Shown piece by piece: positions 30,001-42,644 of a stretch of DNA of 64,000 bases. The notes under the pieces are model-generated. The model made no database searches, was not told where the DNA came from, and worked only from the letters and a program-made list of their open reading frames with translations. The stretch's first letter is position 1; each line of letters opens with the position of its first letter. Source of the stretch: Eledone cirrhosa (Eukaryota); NCBI GenBank assembly GCA_964016885.1, contig OZ024742.1, positions 169,632,001 through 169,696,000 on the forward strand, written 5' to 3'. The position numbers and the translations under genes are program-made.

Positions 30001-33000
30001 GTTGTTACTACTACTCCTATTGTTGTTACTACTGTTCCTGTTGTTGTTGTTGTTGTTGTTACTACTGCTCCAGTTGTTGTTACTACTGCTCCTGTTGTTG
30101 TTACTACTGCTCCAGTTGTTGTTACTACTACTGCAGTTGTTGTTACTACTGCTCGAGTTGTTGTTACTACTACTCCTGTTGTTACTACTACTCCTGTTGC
30201 TGTTACTACTACTCCTGTTGTAGTTGTTGTTTTTACTACTACTCCAGTTGTTGTTACTACTACTCCTGTTGTTGTTACTACTACTCCTGTTGTTGTTACT
30301 ACTGCTCCTGTTGTTGTTACTACTGCTCCAGTTGTTGTTACTACTACTCCTGTTGTTGTTACCACTACTCCAGTTGTTGTTACTACTGCTCCTGTTGTTG
30401 TTACTACTACTCCAGTTGTTGTTACTACTACTCCTGTTGTTGTTACTACTGCTCCTGTTGTTGTTACTACTACTCCTGTTGTTGTTACTACTACTCCTGT
30501 TGTTGTTACTACTACTCCTGTTGTTGTTACTACTACACCTGTTGTTACTACTACTCCTGTTGTTGTTACTACTACTCCCGTTGTTGTTACTACTGCTCCT
30601 GTTGTTGTTACTACTGCTCCTGTTGTTGTTACTACTACTCCTATTGTTGTTACTACTGCTCCTGTTGTTGTTGTTGTTGTTGTTACTACTGCTCCAGTTG
30701 TTGTTACTACTGCTCCTGTTGTTGTTACTACTGCTCCAGTTGTTGTTACTACTACTGCAGTTGTTGTTACTACTGCTCGAGTTGTTGTTACTACTACTCC
30801 TGTTGTTACTACTACTCCTGTTGCTGTTACTACTACTCCTGTTGTAGTTGTTGTTTTTACTACTACTCCTGTTGTTGTTACTACTACTCCTGTTGTTGTT
30901 ACTACTCTCCTGTTGTTGTTACTACTACTCCTGCTCTTGTTACTACTACTCCTGTTGTTGTTACTACTACTCCTATTGATGTTACTACTGCTGCTGTTGT
31001 TGTTGTTATTGTTACTACTACTCCTGTTGTCGTTACTACTACTCCTGTTGTTGTTACTACTACTCCAGTTGTTGTTACTACTACTCCTGTTGTTGTTCCT
31101 ACTGCTCCAGTTGTTGTTACTACTACTCCAGTTGTTGTTACTACTACTCCTGTTGTTGTTACTACTACTCCAGTTGTTGTTACTACTCATCCTGTTGTTG
31201 TTACTACTGCTACATTTGTTGTTACTACTACTCCTGTCGTTGTTACTACTGCTCCTGTTGTTGTTGTTGTTGTTGTTGTTACTACTGCTCCTGTTGTTTT
31301 TACTACTACTTCAGTTGTTGTTACTACTCATCCTGTTGTTGTTACTACTGCTCCAGTTGTTGTTACTACTACTCCTGTTGTTGTTACTACTGCTCCTGTT
31401 GTTGTTGTTGTTGTTGTTACTACTGCTCCTGTTGTTGTTACTACTACTCCAGTTGTTGTTGTTGTTACTACTACTCCTGTTGTTGTTACTACTGCTCCAG
31501 TTGTTGTTACTACTACTCCTGTTGTTGTTACTACTACTCCTGTTGTTACTACTGCTCCAGTTGTTGTTACTACTACTCCTGTTGTTGTTACTACTACTCC
31601 TGTGGTTTTTACTACTGCTCCTGTTGTTGTTGTTGTTTTTACTACTGCTCCAGTTGTTGTTACTACTGCTCCTGTTGTTGTTACTACTACTCCTTTTGTT
31701 GTTACTACTGCTCCTGTTGTTGTTACTACTACTCCTGTTGTTGTTGTTACTACTACTCCTGTTGTTGTTACTACTGCTCCTGTTGTTGTTGTTGTTACTA
31801 CTGCTCCAGTTGTTGTTACTACTGCTCCTGTTGTTGTTACTACTACTCCTGTGGTTGTTGTTACTACTACTCCTGTTGTTGTTACTACTGCTCCTGTTGT
31901 TGTTGTTACTACTACTCCTGTTGTTGTTACTACTACTCCTGTTGTTGTTACTACTGATCCTGTTGTTGTTACTACTACTCCTGTTGTTGTTACTACTACT
32001 CCTGTTGTTGTTGTTACTACTACTCCTGTTGTTTTTACTACTGCTCCTGTTGTTGTTGTTGTTACTACTGCTCCAGTTGTTGTTACTACTGCTCCTGTTA
32101 TTGTTACTACTGCTCCAGTTGTTGTTACTACTACTCCAGTTGTTGTTACTACTGCTCCTGTTGTTGTTAGTACTACTCCAGTTGTTGTTGCTACTACTCC
32201 TGTTGTTGTTACTACTATTCCAGTGGTTGTTACTACTACTCCTGTTGTTGTTACTACTACTCCAGTTGTTGTTACTACTACTCCTGTTGTTGTTACTACT
32301 GCTCCTGTTGTTGTTACTACTACTCCTGTTGTTGTTGTTCTTACTACTGCTCCAGTTGTTGTTGCTACTGTTCCTGTTGTTGTTACTACTACTCCTGTTG
32401 TTGTTACTACTGCTCCTGTTGTTGTTACTACTACTCCCGTTGTTGTTGTTCTTACTACTGCTCCAGTTGTTGTTACTACTGCTCCAGTTGTTGTTACTAC
32501 TGCTCCTGTTGTTGTTACTACTGCTCCAGTTGTTGTTACTACTACTGCAGTTGTTGTTACTACTGCTCGAGTTGTTGTTACTACTACTCCTGTTGTTACT
32601 ACTACTCCTGTTGCTGTTACTACTACTCCTGTTGTAGTTGTTGTTTTTACTACTACTCCAGTTGTTGTTACTACTACTCCTGTTGTTGTTACTACTACTC
32701 CTGTTGTTGTTACTACTGCTCCTGTTGTTGTTACTACTGCTCCAGTTGTTGTTACTACTACTCCTGTTGTTGTTACTACTACTCCAGTTGTTGTTACTAC
32801 TGCTCCTGTTGTTGTTACTACTACTCCAGTTGTTGTTACTACTACTCCTGTTGTTGTTACTACTGCTCCTGTTGTTGTTACTTCTACTCCTGTTGTTGTT
32901 ACTACTACTCCTGTTGTTGTTACTACTACTCCTGTTGTTGTTACTACTACACCTGTTGTTACTTATACTCCTGTTGTTGTTACTACTACTCCCGTTGTTG

Positions 33001-36000
33001 TTACTACTGCTCCTGTTGTTGTTACTACTGCTCCTGTTGTTGTTACTACTGCTCCTGTTGTTGTTACTACTACTCATGTTGTTGTTACTACTACACCTGT
33101 TGTTGTTACTACTACTCCTGTTGTTGTTACTATTACTCCTGTTGTTGTTGTTCTTACTACTGCTCCAGTTGTTGTTACTATTGCTCCTGTTGTTGTTACT
33201 ACTACTCCTGTTGTTGTTACTACTACTCCTGTTGTTGTTACTACTACTCCTATTGTTGTTACTACTGCTCCTGTTGTTGTTGTTGTTGTTGTTACTACTG
33301 CTCCAGTTGTTGTTACTACTGCTCCTGTTGTTGTTACTACTGCTCCAGTTGTTGTTACTACTACTGCAGTTGTTGTTACTACTGCTCGAGTTGTTGTTAC
33401 TACTACTCCTGTTGTTACTACTACTCCTGTTGCTGTTACTACTACTCCTGTTGTAGTTGTTGTTTTTACTACTACTCCTGTTGTTGTTACTACTACTCCT
33501 GTTGTTGTTACTACTGCTCCTGTTGTTGTTACTACTACTCCTGCTCTTGTTACTACTACTCCTGTTGTTGTTGTTCTTGTTACTACTATTCCTGTTGTTG
33601 TTACTACTACTACTTTTGTTGTTACTACTACTCCTGTTGTTGTTACTACTACTCCTGTTGTTGTTACTACTGCTCCTGTTGTTGTTGTTATTGTTACTAC
33701 TACTCCTGTTGTCGTTACTACTACTCCTGTTGTTGTTACTACTACTCCAGTTGTTGTTACTACTACTCCTGTTGTTGTTCCTACTGCTCCAGTTGTTGTT
33801 ACTACTACTCCAGTTGTTGTTACTACTACTCCTGTTGTTGTTACTACTACTCCAGTTGTTGTTACTACTCATCCTGTTGTTGTTACTACTGCTACATTTG
33901 TTGTTACTACTACTCCTGTCGTTGTTACTACTGCTCCTGTTGTTGTTGTTGTTGTTGTTGTTACTACTGCTCCTGTTGTTTTTACTACTACTCCAGTTGT
34001 TGTTACTACTCATCCTGTTGTTGTTACTACTGCTCCAGTTGTTGTTACTACTACTCCTGTTGTTGTTACTACTGCTCCTGTTGTTGTTGTTGTTGTTGTT
34101 ACTACTGCTCTTGTTGTTGTTACTACTACTCCAGTTGTTGTTGTTGTTACTACTACTCCTGTTGTTGTTACTACTGCTCCAGTTGTTGTTACTACTACTC
34201 CTGTTGTTGTTACTACTACTCCTGTTGTTACTACTGCTCCAGTTGTTGTTACTACTACTCCTGTTGTTGTTACTACTACTCCTGTGGTTTTTACTACTGC
34301 TCCTGTTGTTGTTGTTGTTTTTACTACTGCTCCAGTTGTTGTTACTACTGCTCCTGTTGTTGTTACTACTACTCCTTTTGTTGTTACTACTGCTCCTGTT
34401 GTTGTTACTACTACTCCTGTTGTTGTTGTTACTACTACTCCTGTTGTTGTTACTACTGCTCCTGTTGTTGTTGTTGTTACTACTGCTCCAGTTGTTGTTA
34501 CTACTGCTCCTGTTGTTGTTACTACTACTCCTGTGGTTGTTGTTACTACTACTCCTGTTGTTGTTACTACTGCTCCTGTTGTTGTTGTTACTACTACTCC
34601 TGTTGTTGTTACTACTACTCCTGTTGTTGTTACTACTGATCCTGTTGTTGTTACTACTACTCCTGTTGTTGTTACTACTGCTCCAGTTGTTGTTACTACT
34701 ACTCCTGTTGTTGTTACTACTACTCCTGTTGTTGTTACTACTACTCCTGTTGTTGCTACTACTGCTCCAGTTGTTGTTACTACTGCTCCAGTTGTTGTTA
34801 CTACTACTCCTGTTGTTGTTACTACTACTCCTGTTGTTGTTACTACTACTCCTGTTGTTGTTACTACTACTCCTGTTGTTGCTACTACTGCTCCTGTTGT
34901 TGTTGTTGTTACTACTGCTCCAGTTGTTGTTACTACTGCTCCTGTTATTGTTACTACTGCTCCAGTTGTTGTTACTACTACTCCAGTTGTTGTTACTACT
35001 GCTCCTGTTGTTGTTAGTACTACTCCAGTTGTTGTTGCTACTACTCCTGTTGTTGTTACTACTACTCCAGTTGTTGTTACTACTACTCCTGTTGTTGTTA
35101 CTACTACTCCAGTTGTTGTTACTACTGCTCCTGTTGTTGTTACTACTACTCCAGTTGTTGTTACTACTACTCCTGTTGTTGTTACTACTGCTCCTGTTGT
35201 TGTTACTACTACTCCCGTTGTTGTTGTTCTTACTACTGCTCCAGTTGTTGTTGCTACTGTTCCTGTTGTTGTTACTACTACTCCTGTTGTTGTTACTACT
35301 ACTCCTGTTGTTGTTACTACTACTCCTGTTGTTGTTACTACTGTTCCTGTTGTTGTTGTTGTTGTTGTTACTACTACTCCTGTTGTTGTTACTACTGCTC
35401 CAGTTGTTGTTACTACTGCTCCTGTTGTTGTTACTACTGCTCGAGTTGTTGTTACTACTACTCCTGTTGTTACTACTACTCATGTTGCTGTTACTACTAC
35501 TCCTGTTGTAGTTGTTGTTTTTACTACTACTCCTGTTGTTGTTACTACTACTCCTGTTGTTGTTACTACTGCTCCTGTTGTTGTTACTACTACTCCTGCT
35601 CTTGTTACTACTACTCCTGTTGTTGTTGTTCTTGTTACTACTATTCCTGTTGTTGTTACTACTACTCCTTTTGTTGTTACTACTACTCCTGTTGTTGTTA
35701 CTACTACTCCTGTTGTTGTTACTACTGCTCCTGTTGTTGTTGTTATTGTTACTACTACTCCTGTTGTCGTTACTACTACTCCTGTTGTTGTTACTACTAC
35801 TCCAGTTGTTGTTACTACTACTCCTGTTGTTGTTCCTACTGCTCCAGTTGTTGTTACTACTACTCCAGTTGTTGTTACTACTACTCCTGTTGTTGTTACT
35901 ACTACTCCAGTTGTTGTTACTACTCATCCTGTTGTTGTTACTACTGCTACATTTGTTGTTACTACTACTCCTGTCGTTGTTACTACTGCTCCTGTTGTTG

Positions 36001-39000
36001 TTGTTGTTGTTGTTGTTGTTACTACTGCTCCTGTTGTTTTTACTACTACTCCAGTTGTTGTTACTACTCATCCTGTTGTTGTTACTACTGCTCCAGTTGT
36101 TGTTACTACTACTCTTGTTGTTGTTACTACTGCTCCTGTTGTTGTTGTTGTTGTTGTTACTACTGCTCCTGTTGTTGTTACTACTACTCCAGTTGTTGTT
36201 GTTGTTACTACTACTCCTGTTGTTGTTACTACTGCTCCAGTTGTTGTTACTACTACTCCTGTTGTTATTACTACTACTCCTGTTGTTACTACTGCTCCAG
36301 TTGTTGTTACTACTACTCCTGTTGTTGTTACTACTACTCCTGTGGTTTTTACTACTGCTCCTGTTGTTGTTGTTGTTTTTACTACTGCTCCAGTTGTTGT
36401 TACTACTGCTCCTGTTGTTGTTACTACTACTCCTTTTGTTGTTACTACTGCTCCTGTTGTTGTTATTACTACTCCTGTTGTTGTTGTTACTACTACTCCT
36501 GTTGTTGTTACTACTGCTCCTGTTGTTGTTGTTGTTACTACTGCTCCAGTTGTTGTTACTACTGCTCCTGTTGTTGTTACTACTACTCCTGTGGTTGTTG
36601 TTACTACTACTCCTGTTGTTGTTACTACTGCTCCTGTTGTTGTTGTTACTACTACTCCTGTTGTTGTTACTACTACTCCTGTTGTTGTTACTACTGATCC
36701 TGTTGTTGTTACTACTACTCCTGTTGTTGTTACTACTGCTCCAGTTGTTGTTACTACTATTCCTGTTGTTGTTACTACTACTCCTGTTGTTGTTACTACT
36801 GCTCCTGTTGTTGTTACTACTACTCCTGTTGTTGTTACTACTACTCCTGTTGTTGCTACTACTGCTCCTGTTGTTGTTGTTGTTACTACTGCTCCAGTTG
36901 TTGTTACTACTGCTCCTGTTATTGTTACTACTGCTCCAGTTGTTGTTACTACTACTCCAGTTGTTGTTACTACTGCTCCTGTTGTTGTTAGTACTACTCC
37001 AGTTGTTGTTGCTACTACTCCTGTTGTTGTTACTACTACTCCAGTTGTTGTTACTACTACTCCTGTTGTTGTTACTACTACTCCAGTTGTTGTTACTACT
37101 GCTCCTGTTGTTGTTACTACTACTCCAGTTGTTGTTACTACTACTCCTGTTGTTGTTACTACTGCTCCTGTTGTTGTTACTACTACTCCCGTTGTTGTTG
37201 TTCTTACTACTGCTCCAGTTGTTGTTGCTACTGTTCCTGTTGTTGTTACTACTACTCCTGTTGTTGTTACTACTACTCCTGTTGTTGTTACTACTACTCC
37301 TGTTGTTGTTACTACTGTTCCTGTTGTTGTTGTTGTTGTTGTTACTACTACTCTTGTTGTTGTTACTACTGCTCCAGTTGTTGTTACTACTGCTCCTGTT
37401 GTTGTTACTACTGCTCGAGTTGTTGTTACTACTACTCCTGTTGTTGTTACTACTACTCCTGTTGTTGTTACTACTGCTCCAGTTGTTGTTACTACTACTC
37501 CTGTTGTTGTTACTACTACTCCTGTTGTTGTTACTACTACTCCTGTTGTTGCTACTACTGCTCCAGTTGTTGTTACTACTGCTCCAGTTGTTGTTACTAC
37601 TACTCCTGTTGTTGTTACTACTACTCCTGTTGTTGTTACTACTACTCCTGTTGTTGTTACTACTACTCCTGTTGTTGCTACTACTGCTCCAGTTGTTGTT
37701 ACTACTGCTCCAGTTATGGTTACTACTACTCCTGTTGTTGTTACTACTGCTCGAGTTGTTGTTACTACTACTCCTGTTGTTGTTACTACTACTCCTGTTG
37801 TTGTTACTACTACTCCTGTTGTTGTTACTACTACTCCTGTTGTTGTTGTTGTTGTTACTACTACTCCAGTTGTTGTTACTACTGCTCCTGTTGTTGTTGT
37901 TGTTGTTACTACTGCTCCTGTTGTTGTTACTACTGCTCCATTTGTTGTTACTAATGCTCCATTTGTTGTTACTACTGCTCCTGTTCTTGTTACTACTGTT
38001 CGAGTTGTTGTTACTACTACTCCTGTTGTTGTTACTACTACTCCTGTTGTTGTTACTACTGCTCCAGTTGTTGTTACTACTGCTCCTGTTGTTGTTACTA
38101 CTGCTCGAGTTGTTGTTACTACTACTCCTGTTGTTGTTACTACTACTCCTGTTGCTGTTACTACTACTCCTGTTGTTGTTACTACTACTCCTGTTGTTGT
38201 TACTACTACTCCTGTTGTTGTTACTACTGCTCCAGTTGTTGTTACTACTGCTCCAGTTGTTGTTACTACTGCTCGAGTTGTTGTTACTACTACTCCTGTT
38301 GTTGTTACTACTACTCCTGTTGTTGTTACTACTACTCCTGTTGTTGTTGTTGTTGTTACTACTACTCCTGTTGTTGTTACTACTACTCCTGTTGTTGTTA
38401 CTACTACTCCTGTTGTTGTTACTACTGCTCCAGTTGTTGTTACTACTGCTCCATTTGTTGTTACTACTGCTCCAGTTGTTGTTACTACTACTCCTGTTGT
38501 TGTTACTACTGCTCCTGTTGTTGTTGTTGTTGTTGTTATTACTGCTCCTGTTGTTGTTACTACTGCTCCTGTTGTTGTTACTACTACTCCTGTTGTTGTT
38601 ACTACTGCTCCTGTTGTTGTTGTTATTGTTACTACTACTCCGGTTGTCGTTACTACTACTCCTGTTGTAGTTACTACTACTCCATTTGTTGTTACTACTG
38701 CTCCTGTTGTTGTTACTACTACTCCAGTTGTTGTTACTACTACTCCTGTTGTTGTTACTACTGCTCCTGTTGTTGTTACTACTACTCCCGTTGTTGTTGT
38801 TCTTACTACTGCTCCAGTTGTTGTTGCTACTGTTCCTGTTGTTGTTACTACTACTCCTGTTGTTGTTACTACTACTCCTGTTGTTGTTACTACTACTCCT
38901 GTTGTTGTTACTACTGTTCCTGTTGTTGTTGTTGTTGTTGTTACTACTACTCCTGTTGTTGTTACTACTGCTCCAGTTGTTGTTACTACTGCTCCTGTTG

Positions 39001-42000
39001 TTGTTACTACTGCTCGAGTTGTTGTTACTACTACTCCTGTTGTTGTTACTACTACTCCTGTTGTTGTTACTACTGCTCCAGTTGTTGTTACTACTACTCC
39101 TGTTGTTGTTACTACTACTCCTGTTGTTGTTACTACTACTCCTGTTGTTGCTACTACTGCTCCAGTTGTTGTTACTACTGCTCCAGTTGTTGTTACTACT
39201 ACTCCTGTTGTTGTTACTACTACTCCTGTTGTTGTTACTACTACTCCTGTTGTTGTTACTACTACTCCTGTTGTGGCTACTACTGCTCCAGTTGTTGTTA
39301 CTACTGCTTCAGTTATGGTTACTACTGCTCCTGTTGTTGTTACTACTGCTCGAGTTGTTGTTATTACTACTCCTGTTGTTGTTACTACTACTCCTGTTGT
39401 TGTTACTACTACTCCTGTTGTTGTTACTACTACTCCTGTTGTTGCTACTACTGCTCCAGTTGTTGTTACTACTGCTCCAGTTGTTGTTACTACTGCTCGA
39501 GTTGTTGTTACTACTACTCCTGTTGTTGTTACTACTACTCCTGTTGTTGTTACTACTACTCCTGTTGTTGTTACTACTACTCCTGTTGTTGTTGTTGTTA
39601 CTACTACTCCAGTTGTTGTTACTACTGCTCCTGTTGTTGTTGTTGTTGTTGTTACTACTGCTCCTGTTGTTGTTACTACTGCTCCATTTGTTGTTACTAC
39701 TGCTCCATTTGTTGTTACTACTGCTCCTGTTGTTGTTACTACTGTTCGAGTTGTTGTTACTACTACTCCTGTTGTTGTTACTACTACTCCTGTTGTTGTT
39801 ACTACTGCTCCAGTTGTTGTTACTACTGCTCCTGTTGTTGTTACTATTGCTCGAGTTGTTGTTACTACTACTCCTGTTGTTGTTACTACTACTCCTGTTG
39901 CTGTTACTACTACTCCTGTTGTTGTTACTACTACTCCTGTTGTTGTTACTACTACTCCTGTTGTTGTTACTACTGCTCCAGTTGTTGTTACTACTGCTCC
40001 AGTTGTTGTTACTACTGCTCGAGTTGTTGTTACTACTACTCCTGTTGTTGTTACTACTACTCCTGTTGTTGTTACTACTACTCCTGTTGTTGTTGTTGTT
40101 GTTGTTGTTACTACTACTCCAGTTGTTGTTACTACTGCTCCTGTTGTTGTTGTTGTTGTTGTTACTACTGATCCTGTTGTTGTTACTATTGCTCCATTTG
40201 TTGTTACTACTACTCCTGTTGTTGTTACTACTGCTCCTGTTGTTGTTGTTGTTGTTGTTGTTATTACTGCTCCTGTTGTTGTTACTACTGCTCCTGTTGG
40301 TGTTACTACTACTCCTGTTGTTGTTACTACTGCTCCTATTGTTGTTGTTATTGTTACTACTACTCCTGTTGTCGTTACTACTACTCCTGTTGTTGTTACT
40401 ACTACTCCAGTTGTTGTTACTACTACTCCTGTTGTTGTTACTACTACTCCTGTTGTTGTTACTACTACTCCAGTTGTTGTTACTACTCATCCTGTTGTTG
40501 TTACTACTGCTACATTTGTTGTTACTACTACTCCTGTCGTTGTTACTACTGCTCCTGTTGTTGTTGTTGTTGTTGTTGTTACTACTGCTCCAGTTGTTGT
40601 TACTACTACTCCTGTTGTTGTTACTACTGCTCCTGTTGTTGTTGTTGTTGTTGTTGTTATTACTGCTCCAGTTGCAGTTACTACTGCTCCTGTTGTTGTT
40701 ACTACTACTCCTGTGGTTGTTGTTACTACTACTCCTGTTGTTGTTACTACTGCTCCTGTTGTTGTTACTACTACTCCTGTTGTTGTTACTACTACTCCAG
40801 TTGTTGTTACTACTGCTCCTGTTGTTGTTACTACTACTCCAGTTGTTGTTACTACTACTCCTGTTGTTGTTACTACTACTCCTGTTGTTGTTACTACTGC
40901 TCCTGTTGTTGTTACTACTGCTCCTGTTGTTGTTACTACTGCTCCTGTTGTTGTTACTACTACTCCTGTTGTTGTTACTACTACTCCTGTTGTTGTTACT
41001 ACTGCTCCTGTTGTTGTTACTACTGCTCCTGTTGTTGTTACTACTACTCATGTTGTTGTTACTACTACACCTGTTGTTGTTACTACTACTCCTGTTGTTG
41101 TTACTATTACTCCTGTTGTTGTTGTTCTTACTACTGCTCCAGTTGTTGTTACTATTGCTCCTGTTGTTGTTACTACTACTCCTGTTGTTGTTACTACTAC
41201 TCCTGTTGTTGTTACTACTGCTCCTGTTGTTGTTGTTGTTGTTGTTACTACTGCTCCAGTTGTTGTTACTACTGCTCCTGTTGTTGTTACTACTGCTCCA
41301 GTTGTTGTTACTACTACTCCAGTTGTTGTTACTACTGCTCGAGTTGTTGTTACTACTACTCCTGTTGTTACTACTACTCCTGTTGCTGTTACTACTACTC
41401 CTGTTGTAGTTGTTGTTTTTACTACTACTCCAGTTGTTGTTACTACTACTCCTGTTGTTGTTACTACTACTCCTGTTGTTGTTACTACTACTCCTGTTGT
41501 TGTTACTACTGCTCCAGTTGTTGTTACTACTGCTCCAGTTGTTGTTTCTACTGCTCCAGTTGTTGTTACTACTACTCCTGTTGTTGTTACTTCTACTCCT
41601 GTTGTTGTTACTACTGCTCCTGTTGTTGTTGTTGTTGTTACTACTCCTGTTGTTGTTGTTGTTACTACTACTCCTGCTCTTGTTACTACTACTCCTGTTG
41701 TTGTTACTACTACTCCTGTTGTTGTTACTACTGCTCCAGTTGTTGTTACTACTGCTCCAGTTGTTGTTACTACTGCTCGAGTTGTTGTTACTACTACTCC
41801 TGTTGTTGTTACTACTACTCCTGTTGCTGTTACTACTACTCCTGTTGTTGTTACTACTACTCCTGTTGTTGTTACTACTGCTCCAGTTGTTGTTACTACT
41901 GCTCCAGTTGTTGTTACTACTGCTCGAGTTGTTGTTACTACTACTCCTGCTGTTGTTACTACTACTCCTGTTGTTGTTACTACTACTCCTGTTGTTGTTA

Positions 42001-42613
42001 CTACTGCTCCTGTTGTTGTTGTTGTTGTTGTTGTTACTACTGCTCCATTTGTTGTTACTACTGCTCCAGTTGTTGTTACTACTACTCCTGTTGTTGTTAC
42101 TACTGCTCCTGTTGTTGTTGTTGTTGTTGTAGTTAATACTGCTCCTGTTGTTGTTACTACTGCTCCTGTTGTTGTTACTACTACTCCTGTTGTTGTTACT
42201 ACTGCTCCTGTTGTTGTTGTTATTGTTACTACTACTCCTGTTGTCGTTACTACTACTCCTGTTGTTGTTACTACTACTCCAGTTGTTGTTACTACTACTC
42301 CTGTTGTTGTTACTACTGCTCCAGTTGTTGTTACTACTGCTCCAGTTGTTGTTACTACTACTCCTGTTGTTGTTACTACTACTCCAGTTGTTGTTACTAC
42401 TCATCCTGTTGTTGTTACTACTGCTACATTTGTTGTTACTACTACTCCTGTCGTTGTTACTACTGCTCCTGTTGTTGTTGTTGTTGTTGTTGTTGTTACT
42501 ACTGCTCCTGTTGTTGTTACTACTACTCCAGTTGTTGTTACTACTCATCCTGTTGTTGTTACTACTGCTCCAGTTGTTGTTACTACTACTCCTGTTGTTA
42601 TTACTACTGCTCC

Positions 42614-42644
<31 letters not shown>

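Noticed and set aside
37716-39317. In-register ATG codons as gene starts
   Set aside because: Both lie mid-array within a duplicated cassette, with no promoter, RBS/Kozak context or signal peptide.
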